From the NCBI GenBank assembly GCA_043813075.1, contig JBDRLL010000003.1, positions 1 to 64,000 on the forward strand: a stretch of 64,000 bases of DNA. The letters are read 5' to 3'. The notes under the pieces are model-generated. The model was given only the letters and a program-made list of their open reading frames with translations, made no database searches and was not told the origin of the DNA. Positions 38,544-49,477 of the stretch are shown here, in pieces. Both the position numbers and the translations under genes were made by a program. Each line of letters starts with the position of its first letter. Within the stretch, counting starts at the first letter, position 1. This DNA comes from Candidatus Altiarchaeota archaeon (GTDB lineage Archaea > Altiarchaeota > Altiarchaeia > IMC4 > SCGC-AAA252-I15).

Positions 38544-38747
38544 CTATTTCTCTTCAGGCACTACAATGACCATCAGAAGGTACGCCAGCAATAGAGGGCC
38601 TATCCCAGATAGGAATGTGAGTATGATGTAGACGACCCTCACCACATTCGGGTCAACCCCGAGATATTCCCCAACACCGCCTAAAACACCGGTAAAAACC
38701 CGGTCTTTCCTGCTGCGAAACAGTTTCTTCTGCACATCCTTGGTCAT
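38544..38747 (-). CDS. PspC domain protein
   Basis: KLFRSRKDRVFTGVLGGVGEYLGVDPNVVR...VVPEE; start at ATG 38747. Confidence 0.9.
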   Translation of the reverse strand: MTKDVQKKLFRSRKDRVFTGVLGGVGEYLGVDPNVVRVVYIILTFLSGIGPLLLAYLLMVIVVPEEK

Positions 38748-38786
38748 TTTAGTATAGTTAATTTCTTGTGAGAGAATATATATGGC

Positions 38787-39290
38787 GTGAGGGTCTTCTA
38801 CGGGGCAGCGCTTCAAGGAGCGATAGACAGGTCTGAGAGGGCGCAATTACACTCAGAACTAATCAGGGCCATACGGGACATGGGATTCGAAGTGGCGACA
38901 GAACACGCCACTGGAAGAACAAAAGAAGAAGCCGTGCAGATTCTGGAGGAGACCATAGGACCACTGCCTCCAAAGGGAATGGAGCGGACAAGGTACATAA
39001 GGGATAGGATGATAGGATTCATCGAGGGTGACGTGTCTGCAGCAGTCTTTGAAGTCTCAACCCCCAGCCTGGGTACTGGCATCGAGATAGCGCACGCATA
39101 CCTCAGGCCTCGCATGGGATTGAGCGGCATCCCAGTGCTAGCACTATATCAGACAGGATACTGGCCCACCAACCTGTCGTCCATGATTAGGGGAATCAGT
39201 GCGGAGGAAGCCCCCGACTTCAGTCTGAGAGAGTATTCTAACGTCGATGATGCCAGGAGGATTATCAGTGAATTCCTCACTCTTCTGTGA
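38787..39290 (+). CDS. Nucleoside 2-deoxyribosyltransferase / DNPH1-like N-glycosidase
   Basis: TEH, IRDR, EVSTPSLGTGIEI, LSSMIRG. Confidence 0.8.
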   Translation: MRVFYGAALQGAIDRSERAQLHSELIRAIRDMGFEVATEHATGRTKEEAVQILEETIGPLPPKGMERTRYIRDRMIGFIEGDVSAAVFEVSTPSLGTGIEIAHAYLRPRMGLSGIPVLALYQTGYWPTNLSSMIRGISAEEAPDFSLREYSNVDDARRIISEFLTLL

Positions 39291-41283
39291 ACATGTACTT
39301 ACCATGCCTGGGCGAGTAGATGACTCCCTTGTTCCTTAACTCGTCGAGTATCTGCTCCACATCCCTCTTCTCCAACGCCTTCTCGGATGCTGAAAACACG
39401 ATCTCATCGAGGGAGGCCATTGTGTCAGGACTGGTTTCAACCAGCTCCTTTATTATGTTCTCCACCACGCGTATCCTGTCCCTGAGGGACTTCGGATGGT
39501 CTGTGACTATACGGTCTATGTCGAATTCACCGGTGGTCTCGTCGTAGGCTATCTCCCTCAACACGAACTCCGTGAGCCGTATGGCACGCTCAACGTCAGA
39601 TACACTGACCTCACCAGATAACCGTATCTTGGCTGAAGCCTCTGAAAGACGAACAAGAGCCTCCAGCTGACGCGGTGTCGCGGAAGCTGTCCCGCCCTTG
39701 CCGCGAGCCCTTATGGCAACATAGTACTCTTTTATCTTTTCGGCAGCATCCTCGGTCAGCATGGGCCGGATGTTCATCCGAGCATATGCTATGTACTTCC
39801 TGAGGAAGTCTATTTCGAGTTCAGGAGATATCTCATCCATCTCGTCTTCAGACATGTGCATCTTAAGCATATGGCTTGCGATAGCCCTGTCCGTCTCGCT
39901 GTCGAGGATGTCGCGGATGGGGAATATCAAATCGAACCTGCTTATCAGCGTCGGCGGGATGTCGAACTGGTCTGCGAGAGGCTTGTATGTGTCGAACCTG
40001 CTGAACTTAGGGTTTGCCGCAGCCAGTATGCTCGTGTTCGCCTTGAACTTTGTTATTATGCCAGCCTTCGCGACACTGATGGTCTGCTGCTCCATAGCCT
40101 CGTGCATGGCACTCCGGTCTTCGGCAGTCATCTTGTCGAACTCGTCTATCGCGGCTATGCCTCCGCCAGCCAAGACAAGAGCCCCCGCCTTAAGCGTCCA
40201 AGCTCCCTCCTGCATCTCATCCTTCTCGGCAGTGGCGGTCAAGCCAGCGCCAGTCGTGCCCTTACCCGTAACATAAATGCTCTTGGGAGCCGTCTGGTCC
40301 ACGAACTGCAGTATCCTGGACTTGGCGACACCCGGATCCCCAATCATAAGCAAGTGAAGGTCGGGCCGGACTGCAGTGCCGTCAGGCAGCTTCTTCCCTG
40401 GCCGTCCTCCGAACAGTTGCAGTGCTATAGCCTCCTTGACTTCATTGTAGCCGTATATGCTCGGGGCTATTGAGCCGATTATCTTGTCGTATAGTTTAGA
40501 GTCTTTGGATAGCTTCTTTATCTCCTTCTCCTCTTCATCGGTTATGTCGAAATCCTCGAAGTCTTTTTCAATGGGCTCTATTGTGCTCGCCAGTAGGTAC
40601 TTGGAGTATACAGCATCCTTGGACTTGGGCGGTTTGAGGCGGAGTATGCCGACCACCGCAACCTTGTCCCCGGCAGTGACGACGTCGGTTATGTCGTCTT
40701 CAGCCATTATCTCGATCCTCCTCGCCTGCTCGCCGCCTTTGAGCATTTCGAGGGGTTCCTGTATCTCAAGACGCTGTAGGTCAGTCCACTCCGATAATTC
40801 AGGGACGAAACGCAGATTGCTCTTACCGCATCCACTGCACCGTCCAGGCTCCTGAAGCATCCTCTTGGTCTGCGCCACCCAGTTGTGCGTGTCGCACACG
40901 TTGCATATGAACAGGCCGTTAGATACTTTTGGCAGTACGTCGCTTATCCTGTTGACGACGCCTTCAACAGAAATCATCCGCCCGATGTGGTCTGCGTTGA
41001 TGTCCTTCACCAGCGCGCTGTAGCCGTGCTCCTTTGGGAAATTGTTGAAACGCACGTTGAATTTAGGATTCTCGAATTCAGTGGGAATGCTCATGGCGTT
41101 GAGCGTGTCCTCGAACTCCCTTACCACCTCGTCAGGGCTCTCGCGAAGATTGTCTGCAAGCTCCCTGTCAAACCGCTCCAGCTCCTGGAAGTCCAAGACT
41201 AGGCTCTTGCTCTCAGGGTATATGCCAGCCAGCTTCTGTATCTTCTCCTTGTTCTTCTTAAGAAATTTCTCCACACTACTCAA
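39277..41283 (-). CDS. mcm: Replicative helicase MCM
   Basis: Zn finger, APSIYG, GDPGVAKS, IDEFDKM, SRFDL, C-terminal wHTH; no intein. Confidence 0.97.
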   Translation of the reverse strand: MSSVEKFLKKNKEKIQKLAGIYPESKSLVLDFQELERFDRELADNLRESPDEVVREFEDTLNAMSIPTEFENPKFNVRFNNFPKEHGYSALVKDINADHIGRMISVEGVVNRISDVLPKVSNGLFICNVCDTHNWVAQTKRMLQEPGRCSGCGKSNLRFVPELSEWTDLQRLEIQEPLEMLKGGEQARRIEIMAEDDITDVVTAGDKVAVVGILRLKPPKSKDAVYSKYLLASTIEPIEKDFEDFDITDEEEKEIKKLSKDSKLYDKIIGSIAPSIYGYNEVKEAIALQLFGGRPGKKLPDGTAVRPDLHLLMIGDPGVAKSRILQFVDQTAPKSIYVTGKGTTGAGLTATAEKDEMQEGAWTLKAGALVLAGGGIAAIDEFDKMTAEDRSAMHEAMEQQTISVAKAGIITKFKANTSILAAANPKFSRFDTYKPLADQFDIPPTLISRFDLIFPIRDILDSETDRAIASHMLKMHMSEDEMDEISPELEIDFLRKYIAYARMNIRPMLTEDAAEKIKEYYVAIRARGKGGTASATPRQLEALVRLSEASAKIRLSGEVSVSDVERAIRLTEFVLREIAYDETTGEFDIDRIVTDHPKSLRDRIRVVENIIKELVETSPDTMASLDEIVFSASEKALEKRDVEQILDELRNKGVIYSPRHGKYMFTEE

Positions 41284-41350
41284 AGCTTATCACCCTAAAC
41301 CATCCCCCCAGGAAAAGGTGGGTTAAGCTATAGACCATTGGAGTATAAAA

Positions 41351-42913
41351 CTATTTCAGTGATATCTCACCACCCCTTGAGAGAGCGTCGGAAATCAGCC
41401 TACCATGGTTAGAGGCCCTCGGAACGCGCATTACGCCAGACCGGTTGACCCTGCCAGAGTAGACCATACGGTCTCCAACATGAACTTCAACGTAACGGTT
41501 CGCGTGCGCCTGGGAACGTATTATTATGAATTTCTTGGTCCTGCTGACGGCCACACCATCCCTGCTCTGCCTGAAGGACAATGGCTTGCCCACAGGAACT
41601 ACGACAACCTCCTCCCCAAAACTGTATAACTCGTACTCCGGACTCCCGGTCTCGAAATCGCTTACCTGCAGCACTGGACGCGACAGGTCGCTTTCAGTCA
41701 TACCGTAGGGGACCTTCACGGTCATCAGAAGGGCGTATACCTTGCCGACCCAACCCTTGTCTATGTGTATGACAGTATCCACAATGTGGGGTATCATGCC
41801 CAACTCCACCCTCCCCACAAGCCTCTGGACAGCATCGATCGCCTTGCTTGAATGAGTAACGCCTATTAGGCCGACGCCGGCAAGCCGCATGTCAGCCAGC
41901 ACCTTGAAGTCGCTGGTCTTCCTGACCTCGTCGAATATCGTGTAGTCGGGTCGGACAAGCAGTAGTATGTCACTCGTCGACTCCATGCTACCGTTCAGGG
42001 GGCCGTATTGTGTTATGTACTGGTTAACCTGGAGGTCGCGGGGGTGTTCCATCGTCTTGACTATCATACCCTTTGACTGATAGTGCTCAGCCAGAGCCTG
42101 CGCGAAAGTGCTTTTACCCATTCCAGGAGAACCGGAGACAAGTATGCCCTCCGCGTGGGAGTCCAGCCTCTCGACGAGTTTCTCTGAGAGGTGGTAGTCC
42201 TCCAGTCTGGTTTTTCTTATGGGCTTGACCGCGGTTATCTCTATGCCATCGCTGAATGGGGGGCGGGTTATGACTATCCTGTAGTCTTGGACCTGTAGTA
42301 CGGTCGCGCCAGGATCCTGCTGCTCTATGAAACCCTCGGGATGCGCTATCGCGTATTCAACCAGCTCCCTAGCGTAAACGTCCGCCTGCCTCCGGGATAT
42401 TTCAGAGGAGACTACGACAAGCTCGAATGATCCTACTTCACCACGCTTAGCGAACACTGGTATGCCCTCCTTCATGTGGATGGACATCGTCTTCTCGTCA
42501 AACAATTCGAACAGCCTCGGCTTCGAATCCGTGGTCTTAGAGTCGATGTAAGAGACATTCACCCCCATCCCCCTGCATGCGAGGTAGTTTATGGGGTCGC
42601 TGGTCAATAGCATCGCTTTTTCGGATTCGGCTATGCCACGGAGTATTGAATCCAGCATTCCCGGATCTCTTGACTCGCCAGCCCTGGATTCCCTGAATTC
42701 GACTTCCTTATTAACGTCCTGGACCAGCTTCTGCAGGTTCTCCAACTCCTTCAGACCATCCAGGCCGGTCTCCATGCCTTGCCTGGCCTGCCGCTCAAGC
42801 TCTGTGAACACAGGCTCGGGGATTATCACAGTCAAGTCCCCGCCGAACCTGCTGACGTAATCTGTCAGAAGACCGTTCTTTATAACGCTCAAGTCAGGTA
42901 TAATCCGGGACAT
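41351..42913 (-). CDS. PIN-domain ATPase (PINA, COG1855-like)
   Basis: N-terminal PIN-like domain, GSPGMGKSTF, RPDYTIFDEVR, GRVELGMIP. Confidence 0.88.
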   Translation of the reverse strand: MSRIIPDLSVIKNGLLTDYVSRFGGDLTVIIPEPVFTELERQARQGMETGLDGLKELENLQKLVQDVNKEVEFRESRAGESRDPGMLDSILRGIAESEKAMLLTSDPINYLACRGMGVNVSYIDSKTTDSKPRLFELFDEKTMSIHMKEGIPVFAKRGEVGSFELVVVSSEISRRQADVYARELVEYAIAHPEGFIEQQDPGATVLQVQDYRIVITRPPFSDGIEITAVKPIRKTRLEDYHLSEKLVERLDSHAEGILVSGSPGMGKSTFAQALAEHYQSKGMIVKTMEHPRDLQVNQYITQYGPLNGSMESTSDILLLVRPDYTIFDEVRKTSDFKVLADMRLAGVGLIGVTHSSKAIDAVQRLVGRVELGMIPHIVDTVIHIDKGWVGKVYALLMTVKVPYGMTESDLSRPVLQVSDFETGSPEYELYSFGEEVVVVPVGKPLSFRQSRDGVAVSRTKKFIIIRSQAHANRYVEVHVGDRMVYSGRVNRSGVMRVPRASNHGRLISDALSRGGEISLK

Positions 42914-43047
42914 GATTCAATTCAATATGCTTTCACACGTATAAATCAGCCAAAAACAATGAAAAAATTATTCGACGATTGACGTATTTATTTGTGTTCG
43001 TTATTTATAAGGGACAACCGATTTATTAAGACGGTCAGGTAAGCATT

Positions 43048-43746
43048 ATGACCTCCAAAGACATGCTGGCTAAGACGATAGCCGGCGAAATAACACTATC
43101 AAAAAGGCCATCAGAGACCCTCAGGAAATGGAGGGAGATATTCGGGGTAAGGCAGGCCGAACTGGCCGAAGAATTAGGGGTCACGCCCTCAGTGATATCA
43201 GACTACGAGAAAGCGAGGAGGAAGACCCCGGGAACAACATTCATAAAAAAATACGTTGAAGCCCTGATAGGGTTAGACGAGTCGACGGGCGGGAAGGTGA
43301 CTGAAAAACTGTCGCCAGAGACGGAAACCGCCATACTCGACATAAGAGAACTATTGGAGCCAGTGAGGGCATCAAGGTTCGTGAAGATAGTAGAGGGCGA
43401 GGTGATCGCTAACAAGCACCTGCTCAAAAAAGAACTGGACGGCTACACCGTAGTCGACAGCATACAGGCGATACTAAAACTCTCCGACAGGGAGTTGGGC
43501 CAGATATACGGCACCAGCTCCAGGAGAGCGATAGTGTTCACAAAAGTGACGTATGGCAGGTCTCCGATGGTCGCCATAAAGGTGACGCACCACAAGCCGG
43601 CGATGGTGGTCCTACACGGGCTAAAACCGGAAAAAGTGGACAAGCTAGCCAAACACATAGCGGAGATAGAGGGCATAACGCTGGTTGTGACACGAATGGA
43701 GGACGAGGAAGAGCTCGTCAGAAGACTAAGGGAAAAAATACTCTGA
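43048..43746 (+). CDS. XRE-HTH transcriptional regulator (COG1709-like)
   Basis: [15 protein letters not shown]...Q.ELA, SVISDYE, GRSPMVA. Confidence 0.88.
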   Translation: MTSKDMLAKTIAGEITLSKRPSETLRKWREIFGVRQAELAEELGVTPSVISDYEKARRKTPGTTFIKKYVEALIGLDESTGGKVTEKLSPETETAILDIRELLEPVRASRFVKIVEGEVIANKHLLKKELDGYTVVDSIQAILKLSDRELGQIYGTSSRRAIVFTKVTYGRSPMVAIKVTHHKPAMVVLHGLKPEKVDKLAKHIAEIEGITLVVTRMEDEEELVRRLREKIL

Positions 43747-43748
43747 AA

Positions 43749-44798
43749 ATGCACGGGATAGTCGGATACGGGGCATACGTCCCAAGATACAGGATAAAGA
43801 CTGGCGAGATAGCCAGAGTCTGGGGCGAAGACGGGAAAAGGATAAGCAAAGGCCTTAACGTGATCGAGAAGAGCGTCCCAGCCATAGATGAAGACGCCGT
43901 CACCATAAGCGTCGAAGCAGCGAGACTCGCCTTAGCCCACAGCAAGGTGAACCCGAAAGACATCGAGGCAGTGTACGTCGGCTCTGAATCCCACCCATAC
44001 GCCGTAAAACCGACGGCAACAATCGTCGCAGAAGCGATAGAAGCAACACCACACCTAACCGCAGCAGACTACGAGTTCGCATGCAAGGCAGGTACTGCGG
44101 CAATACAGACATGCCTGGGGCTCGTGAAGTCTAAGCTAATAAAATACGGGATGGCCATCGGAGCTGACACATCCCAGGGAAGGCCTGGCGACGCACTTGA
44201 ATACACCGCGTCAGCCGGAGGGGCAGCCTACATCATAGGAGGGGAAAACGTAATTGCAGAGATAAAGGACACGTACTCTTTCACCACAGACACACCAGAC
44301 TTCTGGAGGAGGGAGGGACAGCCATTCCCGAAACACGGTTCAAGATTCACCGGCGAGCCGGCGTACTTCAAACACGTTTACGAGGCGTCAAACAGGATAA
44401 TGGAGAGGAACAACCTTAAGCCTGAAGACTTCGAGTACGCGGTATTCCACCAGCCTAACGGAAAATTCCCGCTGAGGGTCGGAGCCACATTAGGATTCAC
44501 TAAAGAGCAGATAGAGAAGGGACTATTAACCCCGATTATAGGAAACACGTACAGCGGAGCGTCGCCGCTCGGACTGGTGGCAGTGCTCGACGAGGCGAAG
44601 GAAGGCGAACGCATACTCCTAACATCCTACGGCAGCGGCGCTGGAAGCGACTCATTCATAATAGAAGTCACGGAAGAGAACGAGAAAAACAGGAACACGA
44701 AGCCTCTCAGAAAAATGATAGAAAAAAAAGAGTACGTGGACTACGCAATCTACGCCAAAAACAAGGGCAAGCTGAAGGGGGTTAACCTGGAAAAATGA
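43749..44798 (+). CDS. Hydroxymethylglutaryl-CoA synthase (archaeal)
   Basis: [35 protein letters not shown]. Confidence 0.96.
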   Translation: MHGIVGYGAYVPRYRIKTGEIARVWGEDGKRISKGLNVIEKSVPAIDEDAVTISVEAARLALAHSKVNPKDIEAVYVGSESHPYAVKPTATIVAEAIEATPHLTAADYEFACKAGTAAIQTCLGLVKSKLIKYGMAIGADTSQGRPGDALEYTASAGGAAYIIGGENVIAEIKDTYSFTTDTPDFWRREGQPFPKHGSRFTGEPAYFKHVYEASNRIMERNNLKPEDFEYAVFHQPNGKFPLRVGATLGFTKEQIEKGLLTPIIGNTYSGASPLGLVAVLDEAKEGERILLTSYGSGAGSDSFIIEVTEENEKNRNTKPLRKMIEKKEYVDYAIYAKNKGKLKGVNLEK

Positions 44799-45964
44799 AC
44801 GGAGAACGAGTGGCTGTGGTCGGCATAGGCATGACAGAGTTCGGGGAATTCTGGGAGAAAAGCTATAGAGACCTGATAAGTGACGCGGGAGCGAGCGCCA
44901 TAAAAGACGCAGGCATAGACGGCAAGGAAGTTGACGCGATATTCGTCGGCTCCATGAGCCCTGGACTGTTCATAGGACAAGAACACATAGGCGCCCTAGT
45001 GGCAGACTACTCGGGACTGGCAGGCATACCGGCGACAAGAGTCGAGGCTGCGTGCGCTTCAGGAGGCCTTGCGCTGAGATCAGCATTCCTCTCGATAAAG
45101 GCAGGAGTCCACGACATAGTAGTCGCAGGCGGAGTCGAGAAGATGACTGACGTCAGCACTTCACACGCGACAGTAGCCCTCGCTGGAGCTGGAGACCAAG
45201 AGTGGGAGGCATTCCACGGAGCCACATTCCCCGCACTATACGCTTTCATGGCCCAGAGACATATGCTGGAGTACGGCACAAAGGAAGAGCACCTCGCGAT
45301 GGTTGCTGTGAAAAACCATAATAACGGAAGCATGAACCCGAAGGCACAATTCAAGAACAAGATAACAGTGGAAAACGTAATGAACTCAAGCCCCATAGCA
45401 GACCCCCTGAAGCTCCTAGACTGCTCGCCCATAACAGACGGGGCGGCGGTCGTAATACTCGCAGGCGAGAAAAAAGCGAAGAAGCTGACAGACAACCCCA
45501 TATGGATAACAGGCTCAGGGCAATCCTCAGACACGCTCGCACTACACGACCGGAAAAGCCTTTGCAAGACCGAGGCGGCCATAAAAGCGGGGAGAGACGC
45601 CTACAAGATGGCTGGCGTTAAGCCGGATGACATAGACTTCGCTGAAGTCCATGACTGCTTCACCATAGCCGAATTAATGGCCATAGAGAGCCTAGGATTC
45701 TGTGATATAGGCAAGGGCGGTAAATTCACTGAAGACGGTGAGACGAGGATAGAGGGCAGCAGACCGGTCAACACCAGCGGCGGGCTGAAATCAAAGGGAC
45801 ATCCCGTTGGGGCGACGGGCATAGCACAAGCATACGAGGCTGTGACACAGTTAAGAGGAGACGCAGGCAAGAGGCAGGTTAAGGACGCTAGAATAGGCTT
45901 GACCCACAATGTGGGCGGCAGCGGAGCAACATGCCTGGTACACATTTTCGAGAGGGATGAGTGA
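44795..45964 (+). CDS. Acetoacetyl-CoA thiolase (archaeal)
   Basis: [27 protein letters not shown]; operon with HMGCS and DUF35. Confidence 0.95.
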   Translation: MNGERVAVVGIGMTEFGEFWEKSYRDLISDAGASAIKDAGIDGKEVDAIFVGSMSPGLFIGQEHIGALVADYSGLAGIPATRVEAACASGGLALRSAFLSIKAGVHDIVVAGGVEKMTDVSTSHATVALAGAGDQEWEAFHGATFPALYAFMAQRHMLEYGTKEEHLAMVAVKNHNNGSMNPKAQFKNKITVENVMNSSPIADPLKLLDCSPITDGAAVVILAGEKKAKKLTDNPIWITGSGQSSDTLALHDRKSLCKTEAAIKAGRDAYKMAGVKPDDIDFAEVHDCFTIAELMAIESLGFCDIGKGGKFTEDGETRIEGSRPVNTSGGLKSKGHPVGATGIAQAYEAVTQLRGDAGKRQVKDARIGLTHNVGGSGATCLVHIFERDE

Positions 45965-46368
45965 TGAGTGAGGGACTGGCACTGCACTGGAGGCTGATAC
46001 CCCCGAGATACAATCTTGTGGGAACAATATGCAAGAACTGCGGCACAAAATTCTTCCCCCCAAGAAACCTATGCCCCGACTGCAGGAGAAAGAGCAGGAT
46101 AGAGCCGTACAAGTTCAACGGCAAGGGAGAGATATACTCTTACACGATAGTAAGGGCCACGCCAACAGGATTCGACTACATGAAGCCTTACGGTCTCGCG
46201 GTGATAAAACTGGATGAAAGCGACGCGATGCTGACAGCGCAGATAGTCGACTGCAAGCTGGAGGACATTGAAATCGGCAAGAAGGTTGCCATGGTATTCC
46301 GGAAGATTGTCGCAGACGATGACGAGGGCATAATAAGATACGGATACAAGTTCAAGCTCGTTGAATAG
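45961..46368 (+). CDS. DUF35 Zn-ribbon/OB-fold scaffold of the thiolase-HMGCS complex
   Basis: CKNCG..FFPPRNLCPDC, YGYKF. Confidence 0.93.
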   Translation: MMSEGLALHWRLIPPRYNLVGTICKNCGTKFFPPRNLCPDCRRKSRIEPYKFNGKGEIYSYTIVRATPTGFDYMKPYGLAVIKLDESDAMLTAQIVDCKLEDIEIGKKVAMVFRKIVADDDEGIIRYGYKFKLVE

Positions 46369-46373
46369 GACGC

Positions 46374-46835
46374 CTATTCATTCTCGCATACAATCAACCG
46401 GGTTATGTTGCTCTTAGCCTCAGAGAGAGGATGGAAGCGGGATAATATCATCATGGTCAGAAGGGTGACGATAAACGCCAGTATGTAGAATCCTAGTCCG
46501 ACAGATATCCCGACAGCAGCAGCTATCCATACTCCAGCGGCAGTGGTAATACCGTGGATTATATTGTCACGCTCCCTCCATATCAGGCCGCCGCCGATGA
46601 ATCCGACGCCAGTGACAATCTGCGAGACGATGCGCTCAGGATTAACAGAGCCTGGAAAACCATTGATAGACAATACAGTGAATACCGCAGCCCCCATGCA
46701 TATGAGGGAGAATGTCCGAGAACCCGCACCCTTAGGACCGCCCTTCCTCTCCAAGCCGATAAGGAGTCCGAGGAATGCCGCGAATATGACGTCAAGAATC
46801 ATCGCCAACTCCACGACGAGACGGTCGAATACCAT
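46374..46835 (-). CDS. MgtC/SapB-family membrane protein
   Basis: IGLER, AGSRTF, QIVTGVGFIGGG, GITTAA.W. Confidence 0.9.
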   Translation of the reverse strand: MVFDRLVVELAMILDVIFAAFLGLLIGLERKGGPKGAGSRTFSLICMGAAVFTVLSINGFPGSVNPERIVSQIVTGVGFIGGGLIWRERDNIIHGITTAAGVWIAAAVGISVGLGFYILAFIVTLLTMMILSRFHPLSEAKSNITRLIVCENE

Positions 46836-46895
46836 AATAAAGATGAGGTGGCGTAAGATAAAAAGACATAAAACCATGTACTGCGCTATTATAAC

Positions 46896-48275
46896 ATGGC
46901 GAACGGTTCACGACTGAGGGATTTAACTGGAGGAGCCCTACAATCATATAACTCGATGGAAGGCTTAACACCACCCAAGGGAATAAGGAGGGAGGCGAGA
47001 GTCGCTGCAGGCATAGACATAGGCGGGAAATACACGAAAGTCCTGGTTGAATCCAATGACGGTCGTGGAGGATATGCCGAAGTCCCCACATTCAAGAAAA
47101 GCGATGACATGCCCGTAGAAGAAAGGGTTAGGGGACTTGTAGATTCTACCATGCGGGCAATACTAGCAGCCGCGGCAGAGGGGGGCATAGAAGTGAGTGA
47201 GATAGACGCGATAGGCTTCGGAGCCCCGGGAGCCAGAAACCCGAAGACAGGGACATTCAGGATGCCGAACGCCATTGGAATGGGATCTGACGGAAAAATC
47301 GCTGAAGTAGACTTCGAGAGAGGACTTAGGACAGCGCTCGCAGCCAAAGGACTCAAGAAAGACGCGCACGTCAGGGGAGGCAACGACTGCGACGTGGCAG
47401 CGGCAGCGGTTGACTTGGGCGAAGCAGTGAAAACCGTTAAGGAAGGTTCAGGGGACTGGAGGACGCTAGAGGGTGGGGAGGAATCATTCTACATACTGCT
47501 CGGGACAGGCATAGGAGTCGGCTGGAACACCAAGGACGGGATAAACGAAGGCGCGACAGGGAAAATGGAGGGAGGCCACAGTGAAGTGCAGACAGGACTG
47601 GAGTGGATCACGTGCGGCTGCGGTAAACCCAACCACGGGAGCGTGTGCGTTGAAGCAGTCGCCTCGACGACAGGCCAGGAAAAGATTATGAAGAGATTCG
47701 TCCAACACGCGTTCAGGGACGCGTCACTGCTGAAGGCGGATGAAATGAAAATCCTGCTTGATGAGACAAGAAGATGGAACCAGGAGAAACTAGGTAAAGG
47801 CGTTTCAGGGGAGGAGGTAGAGACCCTGGGTAAAAGCATCGCAGCCATAAACGCCATAATGGGCAGGCTAGAAGGAAGAGGAGATGCAGTTAACATGGCC
47901 GCCCTCGCTGAAGACATACAATTCGACTGCGGGATAATACACGGTCTAGCGACCGGGAAGAACCCCAGGGTGAGCCTGTGCGCTGAAGTCACAGAATTGG
48001 CTGGACAACACCTTGGGAGATACATGAGGAACACGATCATGCTAAGAAACCCGAAGAGGATAGTTATAGGTGGGGGAGGAGGCAGGACATTCAACTCTGG
48101 AGACGAAACCACAAACCCATTCTGGAGGGGGATGATGAGCGAACTCAGGGACGAATACGACCCGTTCGGCTCCATCAGAGACACGTGGATTATAATGGCA
48201 GACAAGGACAAGAACCTGGGGATAGACGGCAGCCTAAGGCTAGCAAGACTAGAATACGCCCGTAAGGCCCCATAA
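46896..48275 (+). CDS. Divergent ROK-family sugar kinase with insertions
   Basis: GIDIGG, GAPG, ND.D.AA, LGTGIG, EGGH...CGCG...CVE..AS, IVIGGG. Confidence 0.75.
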   Translation: MANGSRLRDLTGGALQSYNSMEGLTPPKGIRREARVAAGIDIGGKYTKVLVESNDGRGGYAEVPTFKKSDDMPVEERVRGLVDSTMRAILAAAAEGGIEVSEIDAIGFGAPGARNPKTGTFRMPNAIGMGSDGKIAEVDFERGLRTALAAKGLKKDAHVRGGNDCDVAAAAVDLGEAVKTVKEGSGDWRTLEGGEESFYILLGTGIGVGWNTKDGINEGATGKMEGGHSEVQTGLEWITCGCGKPNHGSVCVEAVASTTGQEKIMKRFVQHAFRDASLLKADEMKILLDETRRWNQEKLGKGVSGEEVETLGKSIAAINAIMGRLEGRGDAVNMAALAEDIQFDCGIIHGLATGKNPRVSLCAEVTELAGQHLGRYMRNTIMLRNPKRIVIGGGGGRTFNSGDETTNPFWRGMMSELRDEYDPFGSIRDTWIIMADKDKNLGIDGSLRLARLEYARKAP

Positions 48276-48299
48276 AAAAAGGTATTTGAAGGGAATGAC

Positions 48300-49472
48300 C
48301 TAGAATGTCTGGACGTCCCCCTTCATACACCTCTCAGTCAAGTCAGTGACGTGCTCAAGCCAGTAGTCGCTGATCTCAGCAGCCTTCTTCTCTATTCCCC
48401 CATCACCCCAAACCTGCACGCTAGCGCACAACGGCTGGTCGATTGGCTTGCCAATCTGACTCATCAAACGCACGTAAGCCTGTCTAGCACCTGCCTCGGC
48501 AATCTGCATCGCAATCTCCTTTGAAAGAAGGTTGTATAACTTGCCGACATGATTGACTGGATTCTTGCCTGCAGTAGCCTCCATGCTCATGGGACGATAG
48601 GGTGTGATAAGCCCGTTCGCACGGTTGCCCCTGCCCACTGAACCGTCGTCACCCTGCTCAGAGCTGGTACCAGTCACAGTCACGAAGACCTCCTCATCAT
48701 CATAATTGTCTCCAGTATTGATTTCAACCTTAACATCCCTGTCGGTTATGCCCGCCACAAAGTCTTCCACAAGACGGGTCTCCTCCTCCATAATGCTCTG
48801 ATAGTCGGCGAAACTGGGTATATGCCTTGAGACCATAGCATTGCAGATAGTCAACGTTATCTTGTCGTCATAGCGGACGCCCATAACCTTGATGTCAGTC
48901 CCACTGCCCTTAATCTTCTTCTTCATAGGGCCGTTCATGTAGGCCTCGGTCTCATATACTAGCTTCTCCACCAGACTGAATGGCGCAAAACTCACTCCAA
49001 ACGAAGTGTCATTACTCCTTGGAACGCCATCACGACTGAAAACATCCCTAAGGTCTGTTGAACCAATACCTATCTTCTGGTCAAGGATGACATCCTTGCC
49101 GACCTTTATGTCAGGTATCAGAGACTCAAGATATTCCTTGGCTGCATTAATAGCTATCTCACCCACCGGAATCTCCTGATTATCAACCTTAGTGGTAGCC
49201 CTGCCACTCAATAGTATGTAAAACGGCTTGTCAATGCTTCCAGCACCCCAGTCAGGACTGCTCAACCCACCAACCAGCTCCACCTGGTCCGTGTTATGAT
49301 GCATTATATGCCCAAACCTCTTCACATACTCCTTAGACAACGCCCTGCTCACAGCCTCAGCTAGTCCATCGCATATGCTGTCAGGATGTCCGACACCTTT
49401 CCTCTCAACGAGTTCTGTCCCATGCTCTTCCAGGACAGGTTCCTTCATAGACTCAACGCTTATATTCCTCAT
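48300..49472 (-). CDS. mat: S-adenosylmethionine synthetase (archaeal type)
   Basis: ERKGVGHPDSICD, NDTSFG, DDGSVGRGNR, GKNPVNHVGK. Confidence 0.96.
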   Translation of the reverse strand: MRNISVESMKEPVLEEHGTELVERKGVGHPDSICDGLAEAVSRALSKEYVKRFGHIMHHNTDQVELVGGLSSPDWGAGSIDKPFYILLSGRATTKVDNQEIPVGEIAINAAKEYLESLIPDIKVGKDVILDQKIGIGSTDLRDVFSRDGVPRSNDTSFGVSFAPFSLVEKLVYETEAYMNGPMKKKIKGSGTDIKVMGVRYDDKITLTICNAMVSRHIPSFADYQSIMEEETRLVEDFVAGITDRDVKVEINTGDNYDDEEVFVTVTGTSSEQGDDGSVGRGNRANGLITPYRPMSMEATAGKNPVNHVGKLYNLLSKEIAMQIAEAGARQAYVRLMSQIGKPIDQPLCASVQVWGDGGIEKKAAEISDYWLEHVTDLTERCMKGDVQTF

Positions 49473-49477
49473 TTCAA

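Noticed and set aside
42970-42987. Operator palindrome upstream of the HTH regulator / HMGCS operon
   Set aside because: Only 12/18 positions are symmetric; too weak to call without comparative data
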